Shown piece after piece: positions 1 through 8,312 of a DNA stretch of 30,021 bases. A program made the translations under genes and the position numbers. Source of the stretch: a virus (taxonomy: Duplodnaviria > Caudoviricetes); IMG/VR virus record IMGVR_UViG_3300020044_008144, positions 1 to 30,021 of that record; one strand, 5' to 3'. Under the pieces are notes generated by a model. That model did not search any database and was not told where the DNA came from. It saw only the letters and a list, made by a program, of their open reading frames with translations. Positions within the stretch are counted from its first letter, which is position 1. Every line of letters begins with the position of its first letter.

Positions 1-112
1 TGTTGCCACTCTGGTCTGTATACGAATCAACCGGATCGTCATTCGACAGCGAAAGCGAGTCCGCTTTTCCCCATCGAATCAATCCAGTTATGTCGGACGG
101 TAAAAATGGCAC
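1..112 (-). CDS. 5' fragment of a probable virion lectin/LamG-like (fibre or spike) protein, runs off window
   Basis: Not in ORF track. GTG at 112 preceded by GAGG; reads MPFLPSDITGLIRWGKADSLSLSNDDPVDSYTDQSGN, resembling the 'GL..W..AD...V..W.D.SGN' start of concanavalin A/LamG-like phage proteins. Confidence 0.6.
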   Translation of the reverse strand, partial: MPFLPSDITGLIRWGKADSLSLSNDDPVDSYTDQSGN

Positions 113-193
113 TTGTTACCCTCAATAAGCAGCGCAGTCACTTTTTGACAATTAGCAATGTTTTTAGCGCCGAGCGGATCAACAGATCCGATC

Positions 194-466
194 CTACTTC
201 CCGTTATCCAATCGCCCCTCAAGACGCCCTAGCGTTTGGCTGATATTTGTTATTCGTTCGCTCTGTTCATTCAGCCGTCCGTGAAGTGCTTTGCGGTCTT
301 CTTCGCACTCAGATGTGCGTTTCTCTAGTTTGTCATTTTGCTTCTGAAGCTGCGTGACTGTATTGTTGTGAAGTGCCCGAACGTACTTGAGTAAAGCTCC
401 ACCAACTGTCACGCCAGTTCCTCCGACTGCGGTGATAATCACCATTGTGGTTGCATCGACCGACAT
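194..466 (-). CDS. Small membrane protein with coiled coil (holin-like/XhlA-like)
   Basis: N-terminal hydrophobic segment then heptad coiled coil ending LGRLEGRL; abuts neighbouring gene. Confidence 0.6.
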   Translation of the reverse strand: MSVDATTMVIITAVGGTGVTVGGALLKYVRALHNNTVTQLQKQNDKLEKRTSECEEDRKALHGRLNEQSERITNISQTLGRLEGRLDNGK

Positions 467-469
467 GGA

Positions 470-880
470 TTATGCCTTTGCTACGCCGCACGCTTTCGGA
501 TCTAAAGCGATGACAGTGGTTGAGGTTGCAAAGCCAAGGAAGTGTGGAAAGTCACCAGTTGCAAGGTCAGATTCAAGACAGATTGATCCTGCCGTTGTTG
601 AAACGTAGTACGCCACGCCAACCGCTACAGTGGCCCCGATCGTGATGTTTCCGTATCTCTGGTACGTGACAGGTTGCCCGGTCGATGCTGCGTTCAACGC
701 AACGCCAGTGGCGGCAGATGATGCCAGCACGTCAGCATCAGCGAGCTTGACCGTGTTTGTTGTCGAGTCGACGTAAACGGCTTGCCCTTGGGTGATTGTC
801 GCTCCGGCAAGATATTGGTTCACCAGTGCCGCGTTACTGCCTGCCGCAACGCTCGCCGCTGTGATTGTTAGGTTAGCCAT
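470..880 (-). CDS. Capsid decoration/cement-like (DUF2190-like) virion protein
   Basis: AGATITQGQAVYVD...GVALNAASTGQPVTY..G pattern; Ala/Thr/Gly rich; RBS AAAGGA. Confidence 0.65.
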   Translation of the reverse strand: MANLTITAASVAAGSNAALVNQYLAGATITQGQAVYVDSTTNTVKLADADVLASSAATGVALNAASTGQPVTYQRYGNITIGATVAVGVAYYVSTTAGSICLESDLATGDFPHFLGFATSTTVIALDPKACGVAKA

Positions 881-891
881 CGCTCAATCCT

Positions 892-1239
892 TTATGGGGC
901 TTTGTAGAGAATGTGGGCAAGGACATCGCCGGAAGTCGCCCCGGTCGTGCCAGCGTCCGCTGCTTCCGTCACGCATCGTGCGGACAGTCCAAGCGGGAAG
1001 TTCACGCCTCCGGATGGATAGAACGTCACGGTGGAAAGCGTAGGAATCCCGATCGTAAAGACTGGGGTATCTGCCTGAGTAGCGGCAGTTGCTTTGTTGT
1101 ACAGCTTCAGGTAGCGAATTGTTCCGGCTGAGTTTGTGAGGCTCCAGCCAAAGACGCGAGTTGCTGCTGCTGTGACGGCTACGCCGGTGCTATTGAGTGC
1201 AAGCGAGCGGTAAACTGTGGCTTCCGGTGCCGTGTTCAT
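892..1239 (-). CDS. Small beta-rich putative virion structural protein
   Basis: ATG at 1239 with AAAGGA RBS; YLKLYNKATA...PVFTIGIP...GVNFPLGL pattern recalled from phage structural modules. Confidence 0.6.
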   Translation of the reverse strand: MNTAPEATVYRSLALNSTGVAVTAAATRVFGWSLTNSAGTIRYLKLYNKATAATQADTPVFTIGIPTLSTVTFYPSGGVNFPLGLSARCVTEAADAGTTGATSGDVLAHILYKAP

Positions 1240-1279
1240 TCTCAATCCTTTGAAAATGCCTGTTTATGTGGGTGGTATT

Positions 1280-3493
1280 CTACAACCAAGAGTCCAACGC
1301 TGTCCAGAAGCTGAATGCTGTTTGTGACCTCTTGCCGTGGAATCGAAGTTGTTCCTGCCTAAAGTAGCGGTCAACCATAAGGTTCAGTGAGCGTTTACTG
1401 AACGGCATCCCGTCTTCAGGTGCGTCGTATTCCTGCTGAGGCTGGCTTGGCATTGATTGTTGTCGCTTGAATTCCTCGACGTGTCCGTTAATCCAGTCTT
1501 TGTCATGTGCTCCGGGTTTTGGTGGCGTATCTTCTCGCACCATTGCCCATGCGTTCTGTGCCCATTCACCGTCATCGCTGCCGAGGAACTCGTACAGATC
1601 AGAATCATCCACGCTTCCTTTAAGCTGGTCTGCTCCGAGTAGATTCGAATGGTCCTGATTGCGGTTTTCCATTCTTTTGAGAGTGGACCTATCAGTGTTC
1701 CATGCCTTCAGAATGTTCGATTTCATCTTCTCGCGGCGTTCCCACTCGCCTTGTTCATGACGCTGCATCTCGTCGATATGGTCTTTGAACTGCTCTGGCA
1801 AGAACTCATTTTGCTCAGCAGCCTGATAGATGTTTTCTTCAGGATCGTCCTGAACTGCTTTCTTGTTTTTAGAGTTGAGGCGATATCGCTTGGCGTTCCA
1901 TTTCTGCATTGCCGATTCATATGTTTCCGGCTTTGTTTTTCGCCATTCGGCAAGCTCTTGTGGATCTTCCGACGCCGGTCGTCTTGCTCGGTAATCCTGC
2001 ATTTTCTGGAGTTGTTCTGGCGTGTCGAACTGGTCTTCTGTCGGGGCAGGAACATCGAACTCTTCACCTCCGGCGAATTCCTCTTCGCCTTCCGGTTCCG
2101 CGAAGTCGTTCACGTCAAAGCGGGTAATCCTGTCGAGTTCCGCTTTCTCCTTGCGTGCTTTGGCGGCAGGATTCTGGAAGATATCCCCATCGCTCGATTG
2201 GGCAGGCATGTCGAGCAATGACGGCTTGGTCGGTTTGGCGGGCTTCTCCGCTACTGGCAGTTTACCCATGCCAAGATCCTGCGGATTGTAATCGGGATTA
2301 TCTGAGCCATCCGGCAGAATCTTCTTGCGTGGGTTCGGGCCTGCTGGTTGAGTCTTCAGCTTCCCGAGAACGTCCGCTGTGAATGATTCAACAGTGTGTA
2401 CCTGCGGTGCTTTCGGCTTGAGATTATCTTTATTGAACAGCACATGCTCTTTCGTGCCGTCCGCGTGCGATACGACAATACCGTCATGTCCTTTCGATTC
2501 CAGTTGCTTACGAAACTGTGCAGATTTCTGAAATGAAGCGTCAAAACCTCTATCCAGTGATCTGAACTCGGCGGAACTCATTTGATACGGATTCTGCATC
2601 GTTGCCGTGTATTCCCCCGGCGTTCCGTACTGTGCGGCGTATTCTTTATTGTCTGTTGCGAAAACGTCTCCAAGTCCAGCAGTTGCGGCCCCTGATGGCT
2701 TGCTTGATCCTGTTTTTGGACTGTGCCACACATCGAAAGTCTGTGCGGATGGAGTGGTCGCGTCAACGTCCCATATCTCGGCAATGCGTGCCGTGTTAGC
2801 GTCCTTCGGCGTCTGCACTGGTGGTTTCTGTGGTCCCGCATCGCGAGCCTTCATTTGCTCCATACGTGCCGCCTTCTGCTCTGGCGTGCCACGTCTCGGA
2901 TCTCGATCGTATTCCGTCACGTCAGGTTTCGGCGTTCCCGGTTCTGCAAGCCACGGTTTAGGTGTGACGGGGGCTTGCTGCTCCTGCTGTTGCGTTGGTG
3001 GCGACTGCGATAACTTAGGCTTCTTGTCAGGGCGTTCCGTTAACGGACGTACTTCACGGGGTTTCGGTGCTGAAGACTGCTGCTTCTGACCTTCTGGCTT
3101 TGCCGTGAACTGCCCCGGCTTCTGACCACTGCCGGGAGTCTGTGCCCGTGGGTGGAGCTTCTCGAAGTCCTGATTGCTCGGTGATGACTGCTGAGCAGGT
3201 TTCGGCTTTTGCGGAGATGCTTGCGATTGGCGTGACATGACATGGTTCATGGCGTGCATCGCCAGAACTGACATTAGCAGTTTCATCACATTGCGGCCCA
3301 TGCCGTACCGTTCAACGTCAATGCCGTTGTGTCGCAGGTATTTCTCAGTCTCCTGCTCTACGATAGGGTGGATCTTCGGTGCAAACTGCCCTGCGTGCTT
3401 TGCTCCATGATTAGTCACTTCCCGAGGGTGCATCGAGTTGAACAGCCCGCCAATCTTCGGTTCCGCTTTCGGTGGCTCGAAGATAACGCCCAT
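1280..3493 (-). CDS. Large low-complexity polyvalent-type protein with ADP-ribosyltransferase-like (ART-PolyVal-like) domain at ~2417-2737
   Basis: VWH...GLGDVFATDNKEYAAQYG...MQNPY...LESKGHDGIVV...KEHVLFNKDNLK matches the ART-PolyVal motif layout; two HPR..GQF motifs; frame open upstream to at least 3637. Confidence 0.7.
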   Translation of the reverse strand: MGVIFEPPKAEPKIGGLFNSMHPREVTNHGAKHAGQFAPKIHPIVEQETEKYLRHNGIDVERYGMGRNVMKLLMSVLAMHAMNHVMSRQSQASPQKPKPAQQSSPSNQDFEKLHPRAQTPGSGQKPGQFTAKPEGQKQQSSAPKPREVRPLTERPDKKPKLSQSPPTQQQEQQAPVTPKPWLAEPGTPKPDVTEYDRDPRRGTPEQKAARMEQMKARDAGPQKPPVQTPKDANTARIAEIWDVDATTPSAQTFDVWHSPKTGSSKPSGAATAGLGDVFATDNKEYAAQYGTPGEYTATMQNPYQMSSAEFRSLDRGFDASFQKSAQFRKQLESKGHDGIVVSHADGTKEHVLFNKDNLKPKAPQVHTVESFTADVLGKLKTQPAGPNPRKKILPDGSDNPDYNPQDLGMGKLPVAEKPAKPTKPSLLDMPAQSSDGDIFQNPAAKARKEKAELDRITRFDVNDFAEPEGEEEFAGGEEFDVPAPTEDQFDTPEQLQKMQDYRARRPASEDPQELAEWRKTKPETYESAMQKWNAKRYRLNSKNKKAVQDDPEENIYQAAEQNEFLPEQFKDHIDEMQRHEQGEWERREKMKSNILKAWNTDRSTLKRMENRNQDHSNLLGADQLKGSVDDSDLYEFLGSDDGEWAQNAWAMVREDTPPKPGAHDKDWINGHVEEFKRQQSMPSQPQQEYDAPEDGMPFSKRSLNLMVDRYFRQEQLRFHGKRSQTAFSFWTALDSWL

Positions 3494-3615
3494 CTTCTCT
3501 CCGGTGCGAACAGCATTACTGATGGCATCTCTCCGGTCGTGACCGTAAACGCGAAACTCTTTGCCGTCCTTCAGAACTGCCGATGCAATCCACCCCTCGT
3601 CAGTTTCGACAACTT

Positions 3616-3789
3616 TCAGCAGTGGATTACTCCCGCCTTTGGTGCAAACTGACCGGGGTGTCGATTCGGATTCGGAATGTTGTCCCTCTCGCGTGCGTGC
3701 AGTTCCTCGCGGAATCCTACAGCGTGCGGGACGGCTGGAGTATCACCGAAAAGCGTCTTTTGTGCGGCATACTTGTCGATGTCACTCAT
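3616..3789 (-). CDS. Short ORF, probably the N-terminus of the 1280-3493 protein split by a -1 frameshift
   Basis: Start overlaps portal stop (ATGA); has DKY and H.RE..GQFAPK motifs; the -1 frame after CCA AAG runs without stop into the 737-aa ORF. Confidence 0.6.
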   Translation of the reverse strand: MSDIDKYAAQKTLFGDTPAVPHAVGFREELHARERDNIPNPNRHPGQFAPKAGVIHC

Positions 3790-6700
3790 TGGCAGCACTC
3801 TCCTGATTCAATCCATGACTTGAATTCCGAGACGGTCATCGGCACGATCTCGCCACACTTCCAGCCTTTCGGGTAGTGAGACAAGTAAAGTTGTCGGGCC
3901 TGCGATTCATTGATACATCCGGCCATGACTTTATGTTCATCGAATTCACCATGCTCATCGCACTGATGAACTACAAACACGATATCTGATTCAGGCTGCT
4001 TGCCCATGAAGATATCAACGTGATCCCCATCCGATCCTTCCGTTCCAGAGATGTAGCCATAATGGGCACTCATGTCGGAACGCCAGATGCTTCCACTTGG
4101 TGAAACACCTCGCCGGGTTGATCCTCGCGGGTTCTCGATGACGATCGTCATGCCGTTCCAGTTGAAGCGGCCCTTCTTGTAGTTCCCTGCTTTGATTTGA
4201 GCATCCGATGGGTCTGTCTCCGTATATTCGGCAGCTTCGCGGATAACGCGATCCTGACGACGCTCATAGCGTTCTTTTTGGAGTTGCTGGATCTCATTGC
4301 GGTAGTACCGCATAACCATTGCCCGAACTGCTGCGTACTGATCAGGTTCGATGAAACTGCCTGACAGTTGGCTGAGTGCTTCGATGGCTTTCTTCTGGAG
4401 CGTTGGCTTACTGATGGATTTCCCGGTTCGAGATATCCATTCATCCATAATTTTGTCTTGAGTGATCTTTTCTCCCGACTCGTCTTCGCCGGTGAACCAT
4501 GCTCGAACAAGCCACCGCGTGTGCGGATCTTTGATCGTTTCGAATGCCTTTTCGAGTGCGGCTGTGTGTTTGTCGCTGTATGGCTGGTCGTTGCCCTTGG
4601 ACGCTACGCCGGAAAGCAGGTCGTTTCCTTCACCGTCATCAGTGGCAGATGCGTTGCTGGTCATCTTCACTTCTTTGCGTCGGTTCAGGTTCTTGATCTC
4701 CTGAGCCATATTTCTGACAGCAAACTTCTTGAAGTCGCCTTTGCTTTCATCGTACCACTCGGCAGATTTCATCAGGCCGTCCATTGCCGCGTCTGTAGCA
4801 GCGTGGTCATCCCTGACGGACCATCCCTTTTTCTGCATCATGCGGACAACCTGATCCACGAGCGTGAAGTGATCCGTCACAAGCTGGTCACGTTTTGATG
4901 TGCCGCTTGAGGTGACACGTTCGGGTGATGTGTCGATATTTGCAGGCTTTTGTGACACGTCAGACTTCGGCGCTGATTTCAGCGCCGAATTTTCCTGTAC
5001 GGCTGTAGCCGGTTGGTTAGTCGGCTCCGGTACTGTTTCCACGCTTGGTGGATCAGCTTGTTTCTGGCCTCTCATTGCACTAATTATCGACGGTTTGTTC
5101 TTTCTTATTTCGCTAGCCAATAGCTTCCTGTCATCGCGAACATTGAGGTCTAATGGGTTGCCATTGAATGAAGTCTTGTTTTCAAATTCCTGAAGCGCAC
5201 GATCAAAAGCGACTTCTGCGTTCCCGGATATCAGGCTGTGCCTGATTGTGTTTTCAAGTATCTCGGACGGCCCATGTGTTCTCACGCCCTGCCAGATCCT
5301 TGTTGCTATAGGCTGTATCGTCTTGTCTATTGCAGACAGCGTTGAATCGGCGTTTTCTACTAAGCTAGATACTCCTTTCTTTGCGGCATGTTTCATGTCC
5401 TTAATTCCAGCCCTCTTGGCAATTGGGTGGATTTCCGCAGGTATGCTTTCTGGCTTAGATTCTTGTGGTGCAGCATCTTCGCCGGATTGCCGTGGCTTAG
5501 GCTGGACAGGTGACGCGGCTGGCTGTGCGAGTGCCTTCATACTGTCGGCACTTCCGCCCATCATACGACGTTTCGTAACAGGGGCTGTCGTCGGTGCGGG
5601 AGTAGCTGTTTCCTGAATTACAGCCGGTTCTGGCTGTGGTTCAGGCTCACGGACTGGCTCAGGGGCAGGAGGCTCGACAGTGGCTTGTGTCTCAATTGGA
5701 TCATCGAAGTTTAACCGCCCCTGCTTTGTTTCAGCGTGCTCCGCAAACAGGCTACGGATTCGATCGTTCAACGCCTTCCGGCTTGAGCGTGGTTTCCCGG
5801 AGAATCGCCCTGACTGCCGTGCTGCTGGCTTCACACCTTCAAACAGGCTTTTCTGTTGTGGTGCAGTCTTCTTGGATGTGAACTGACCGGCCTTGTGGAC
5901 TGTATCTGTAGATGACTCGCGTGGATGAAGATTCTCTTCCCAGTTGAAACTGCCCTGAATTGCGTACTTGTCGCGTTCCAGTTTCCGTGCGTACTGGTCC
6001 AGCATCGACCGAATCAGGTCAACAGGATCTGGCTCGCCATCCTCGTCAGTTTCTGGATTATCGCCGTTTTCCTGATCGGGAAAACTACCCCCCTCTGGAA
6101 ACCCATTTGGGTCTGAATTGTCCCCATCGGGAATTCCGCCCATTGCAGGGTCCATGCCGGGCATTCCAGGCATACCGGCAGGCTGCTGAGACTGCATGGA
6201 AAGAATTTTCTCCCCACTTGTCGGGGCAGATAATCCGAGAGTTTTGAACACTTCCGACTCTGCAATTCGTGCCCCCATCTGGTAGGCAGAATTCAGGGCT
6301 TCCATTCGCTCCTGTGTCTTGTCGTCCTCAGTCTTCAGGCTCATCCGCATGTGCCATCCCATTGTCTCAGGGAAGTTCAACTGCTGGATATACCGCACCA
6401 GTTCATGTGTCAGCGTCTCTTCCAGATTGCGTGCATCGAAGTTCACGATCTGGCTGAGAGTATCCATGTGGGCTTCAGCAACGCCCGAACCCATGCCGGT
6501 CGCCTTGGCTTCTGTGCTGAGTTCCTGACCGAGAATGTACCGCTTCAGCCGACCGCCGAAGTAGTTCTCGATAATGTTCTGCATGATGTCAAGCCCCATC
6601 GCTCCCGGCTCGATCACCTCAAACTTGTACGTGTCGCTGTCGTCTCCCATTGGCTTCGGGAAGAACACAACATTTCGACCGTTGGCCATCTTTTCGCGTG

Positions 6701-7679
6701 CGGCCTTCTGCGTGGCAGCGAGGGCTTTCGGGTCGCCCATTGGGTAGGTCCAGACTTCAATGCCTCCCGCTGAGCGTTCGAGGTACTGCATCAGGAATGC
6801 AAAGGCTTCCTGCTTCAGAAACCATTCCCAATAGATTTTGGATCTGATGCCTACGCCGTGAATTGAACCAGCGAAATAGCTGTGATGGAAACTGGCGTCT
6901 TCCACCATGTGCTTGTGAACAACGAACGTATCCCGCTCGTACTGCTTCAGGAACAGAGCAAGTCCGTCATAGACAGGTTCTAGCTTGTAAGGTCTGTGAA
7001 TTCTCAGGTCGTGGCCTGCTGGATTCATGCCGACGCGAATACCCATCTGGTGTGGGTAGGCTGAATCGTCCTGATAGCTGAACCCGTCTTCATAGCGGAA
7101 CACCAGCTTATCGCCATTGATTGGCATCCACCCGTTATGGTCCCGGTGGAGCGGTGTCGGCATGATACGCATGGCCCCGTTGACGCGGGTGTATCCGTAC
7201 TTATGCTGAATGCCTGACTTGCCGTACCAGATGGCTTTCATCAGCCACATACGGTATTTGGTGAAGTTCCTGATTCGGCTGACGATCCGCTGAAGCTCCT
7301 GAGCCAAGCTGACTTGGTACTGACACTTCTCGTCTTCCGGCTTAATCTCCCAGTCAAGCAAAGCTGTCAGGCGTTGACGGCATTCGACTGATTCCAGAAG
7401 GCCAACATCCTTCTCCATTAGGTGGGCGTTCTCGATGGAATCCCGAACCGCTTCGTCAGGGTTGGTGTACGCTCGGGAGAATGTGCCGATCAGTGATTGA
7501 AACGTCAATAAGTGCGGAACAGTATCGTTGCCGAATAGCGGTGGTGCTCCCGGCGTTTTGCTGGCCGGATCGGTCGAGTTGGCGAGCTTTTCAGAGATCC
7601 AGTTGGCTACGTGCTCCGCATTTTTACTCTGCGGATTGATCATGAAATGAAAATCAGTAGCGGAGGGTTCGGCCATCAT
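3786..7679 (-). CDS. Portal protein (Mu gp29/DUF935-like, ~6200-7679) fused to sigma-70-like (~4365-4892) and inorganic pyrophosphatase-like (~3810-4220) domains
   Basis: Portal motifs RQRLTALLDWEI, AIWYGKS, ILGQELST, GSGVAEAH...DARNLEETL..ELVR.I..LNF; sigma region 2/4-like text; InPase-like AGNYKKG..IENPRGS.R..YGYI.GTEG.DGDHVD..FDEHKVM. Confidence 0.85.
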   Translation of the reverse strand: MMAEPSATDFHFMINPQSKNAEHVANWISEKLANSTDPASKTPGAPPLFGNDTVPHLLTFQSLIGTFSRAYTNPDEAVRDSIENAHLMEKDVGLLESVECRQRLTALLDWEIKPEDEKCQYQVSLAQELQRIVSRIRNFTKYRMWLMKAIWYGKSGIQHKYGYTRVNGAMRIMPTPLHRDHNGWMPINGDKLVFRYEDGFSYQDDSAYPHQMGIRVGMNPAGHDLRIHRPYKLEPVYDGLALFLKQYERDTFVVHKHMVEDASFHHSYFAGSIHGVGIRSKIYWEWFLKQEAFAFLMQYLERSAGGIEVWTYPMGDPKALAATQKAAREKMANGRNVVFFPKPMGDDSDTYKFEVIEPGAMGLDIMQNIIENYFGGRLKRYILGQELSTEAKATGMGSGVAEAHMDTLSQIVNFDARNLEETLTHELVRYIQQLNFPETMGWHMRMSLKTEDDKTQERMEALNSAYQMGARIAESEVFKTLGLSAPTSGEKILSMQSQQPAGMPGMPGMDPAMGGIPDGDNSDPNGFPEGGSFPDQENGDNPETDEDGEPDPVDLIRSMLDQYARKLERDKYAIQGSFNWEENLHPRESSTDTVHKAGQFTSKKTAPQQKSLFEGVKPAARQSGRFSGKPRSSRKALNDRIRSLFAEHAETKQGRLNFDDPIETQATVEPPAPEPVREPEPQPEPAVIQETATPAPTTAPVTKRRMMGGSADSMKALAQPAASPVQPKPRQSGEDAAPQESKPESIPAEIHPIAKRAGIKDMKHAAKKGVSSLVENADSTLSAIDKTIQPIATRIWQGVRTHGPSEILENTIRHSLISGNAEVAFDRALQEFENKTSFNGNPLDLNVRDDRKLLASEIRKNKPSIISAMRGQKQADPPSVETVPEPTNQPATAVQENSALKSAPKSDVSQKPANIDTSPERVTSSGTSKRDQLVTDHFTLVDQVVRMMQKKGWSVRDDHAATDAAMDGLMKSAEWYDESKGDFKKFAVRNMAQEIKNLNRRKEVKMTSNASATDDGEGNDLLSGVASKGNDQPYSDKHTAALEKAFETIKDPHTRWLVRAWFTGEDESGEKITQDKIMDEWISRTGKSISKPTLQKKAIEALSQLSGSFIEPDQYAAVRAMVMRYYRNEIQQLQKERYERRQDRVIREAAEYTETDPSDAQIKAGNYKKGRFNWNGMTIVIENPRGSTRRGVSPSGSIWRSDMSAHYGYISGTEGSDGDHVDIFMGKQPESDIVFVVHQCDEHGEFDEHKVMAGCINESQARQLYLSHYPKGWKCGEIVPMTVSEFKSWIESGECCQ
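4967..4988. repeat. 22-bp palindrome TCGGCGCTGA-TT-TCAGCGCCGA, copy 1 (in portal gene)
   Basis: Identical to 21773-21794 and 25386-25407; encodes SALKSAP. Confidence 0.9.
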
Positions 7680-7757
7680 TACTCATCCATGAGTGCGGGT
7701 AGGCTATCGTAGCCGTGATATTGTCCTGCATTTCTGCCCTGATGAACAGACGCCGGA

Positions 7758-8003
7758 TCACTTTTTTGCCTCGTAGAGTGGGCATTTTTCGCAAACTTGA
7801 ACCATTTCATCCCATTTCTCGTGCATAGCGGACGGACTGGCGTCTTTAATAGCGATGTTGACACGCTCTGTCGGGATGCAATCCATTGGGGTCGCTCCGT
7901 CAGGCTGCATCAGCTTTCGGCAGATGTAACGGCTGATAGCTTTGCCGTCGCAACAGCCGACTCTACGCTGTGATCCGCGATGTTCGCAGGGTGCTGGTGT
8001 CAT
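7758..8003 (-). CDS. Small Cys-rich hypothetical protein
   Basis: 81 aa; C.HRG, CC and terminal C..C motifs; co-oriented with operon. Confidence 0.6.
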   Translation of the reverse strand: MTPAPCEHRGSQRRVGCCDGKAISRYICRKLMQPDGATPMDCIPTERVNIAIKDASPSAMHEKWDEMVQVCEKCPLYEAKK

Positions 8004-8036
8004 GGTTTAACTGCCCGTTTGACTGGAGTGTTTGAG

Positions 8037-8312
8037 ATGACTGTAAAGACCGTATTTGGCGTTCTTATTGGTATTGTGGTTGCCGCTAGTATTGGTTTCG
8101 TTGCTGGACGGAATGAGAAAAATTCTACCATGATCGAATGCACTGTTACCCGTGTTGTTCGCTCGAATGACCAAGAACCACTAGCGGGCAAGAATCCAAA
8201 CATACCTTACACTGTTCTTTCGTATTCTCCCTCTTGGAAGGTATTCATCCTTCCAGGTATCGCCGGAGAAGACGGCCAGACTGTTCGCATCTCGCCTCAA
8301 CTGCTCAAGTGA
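8037..8312 (+). CDS. Small membrane-anchored protein on the strand opposite the operon
   Basis: GGAG RBS before ATG 8037; N-terminal TM helix (VFGVLIGIVVAASIGFVAG) then short beta-rich domain; fills the gap between two minus-strand genes. Confidence 0.55.
   Translation: MTVKTVFGVLIGIVVAASIGFVAGRNEKNSTMIECTVTRVVRSNDQEPLAGKNPNIPYTVLSYSPSWKVFILPGIAGEDGQTVRISPQLLK

Noticed and set aside
121-193. TTGACA at 145-150 and partial palindrome half-site TTAGCGCCGA
   Set aside because: No properly spaced -10 element; the half-site is too short to call.
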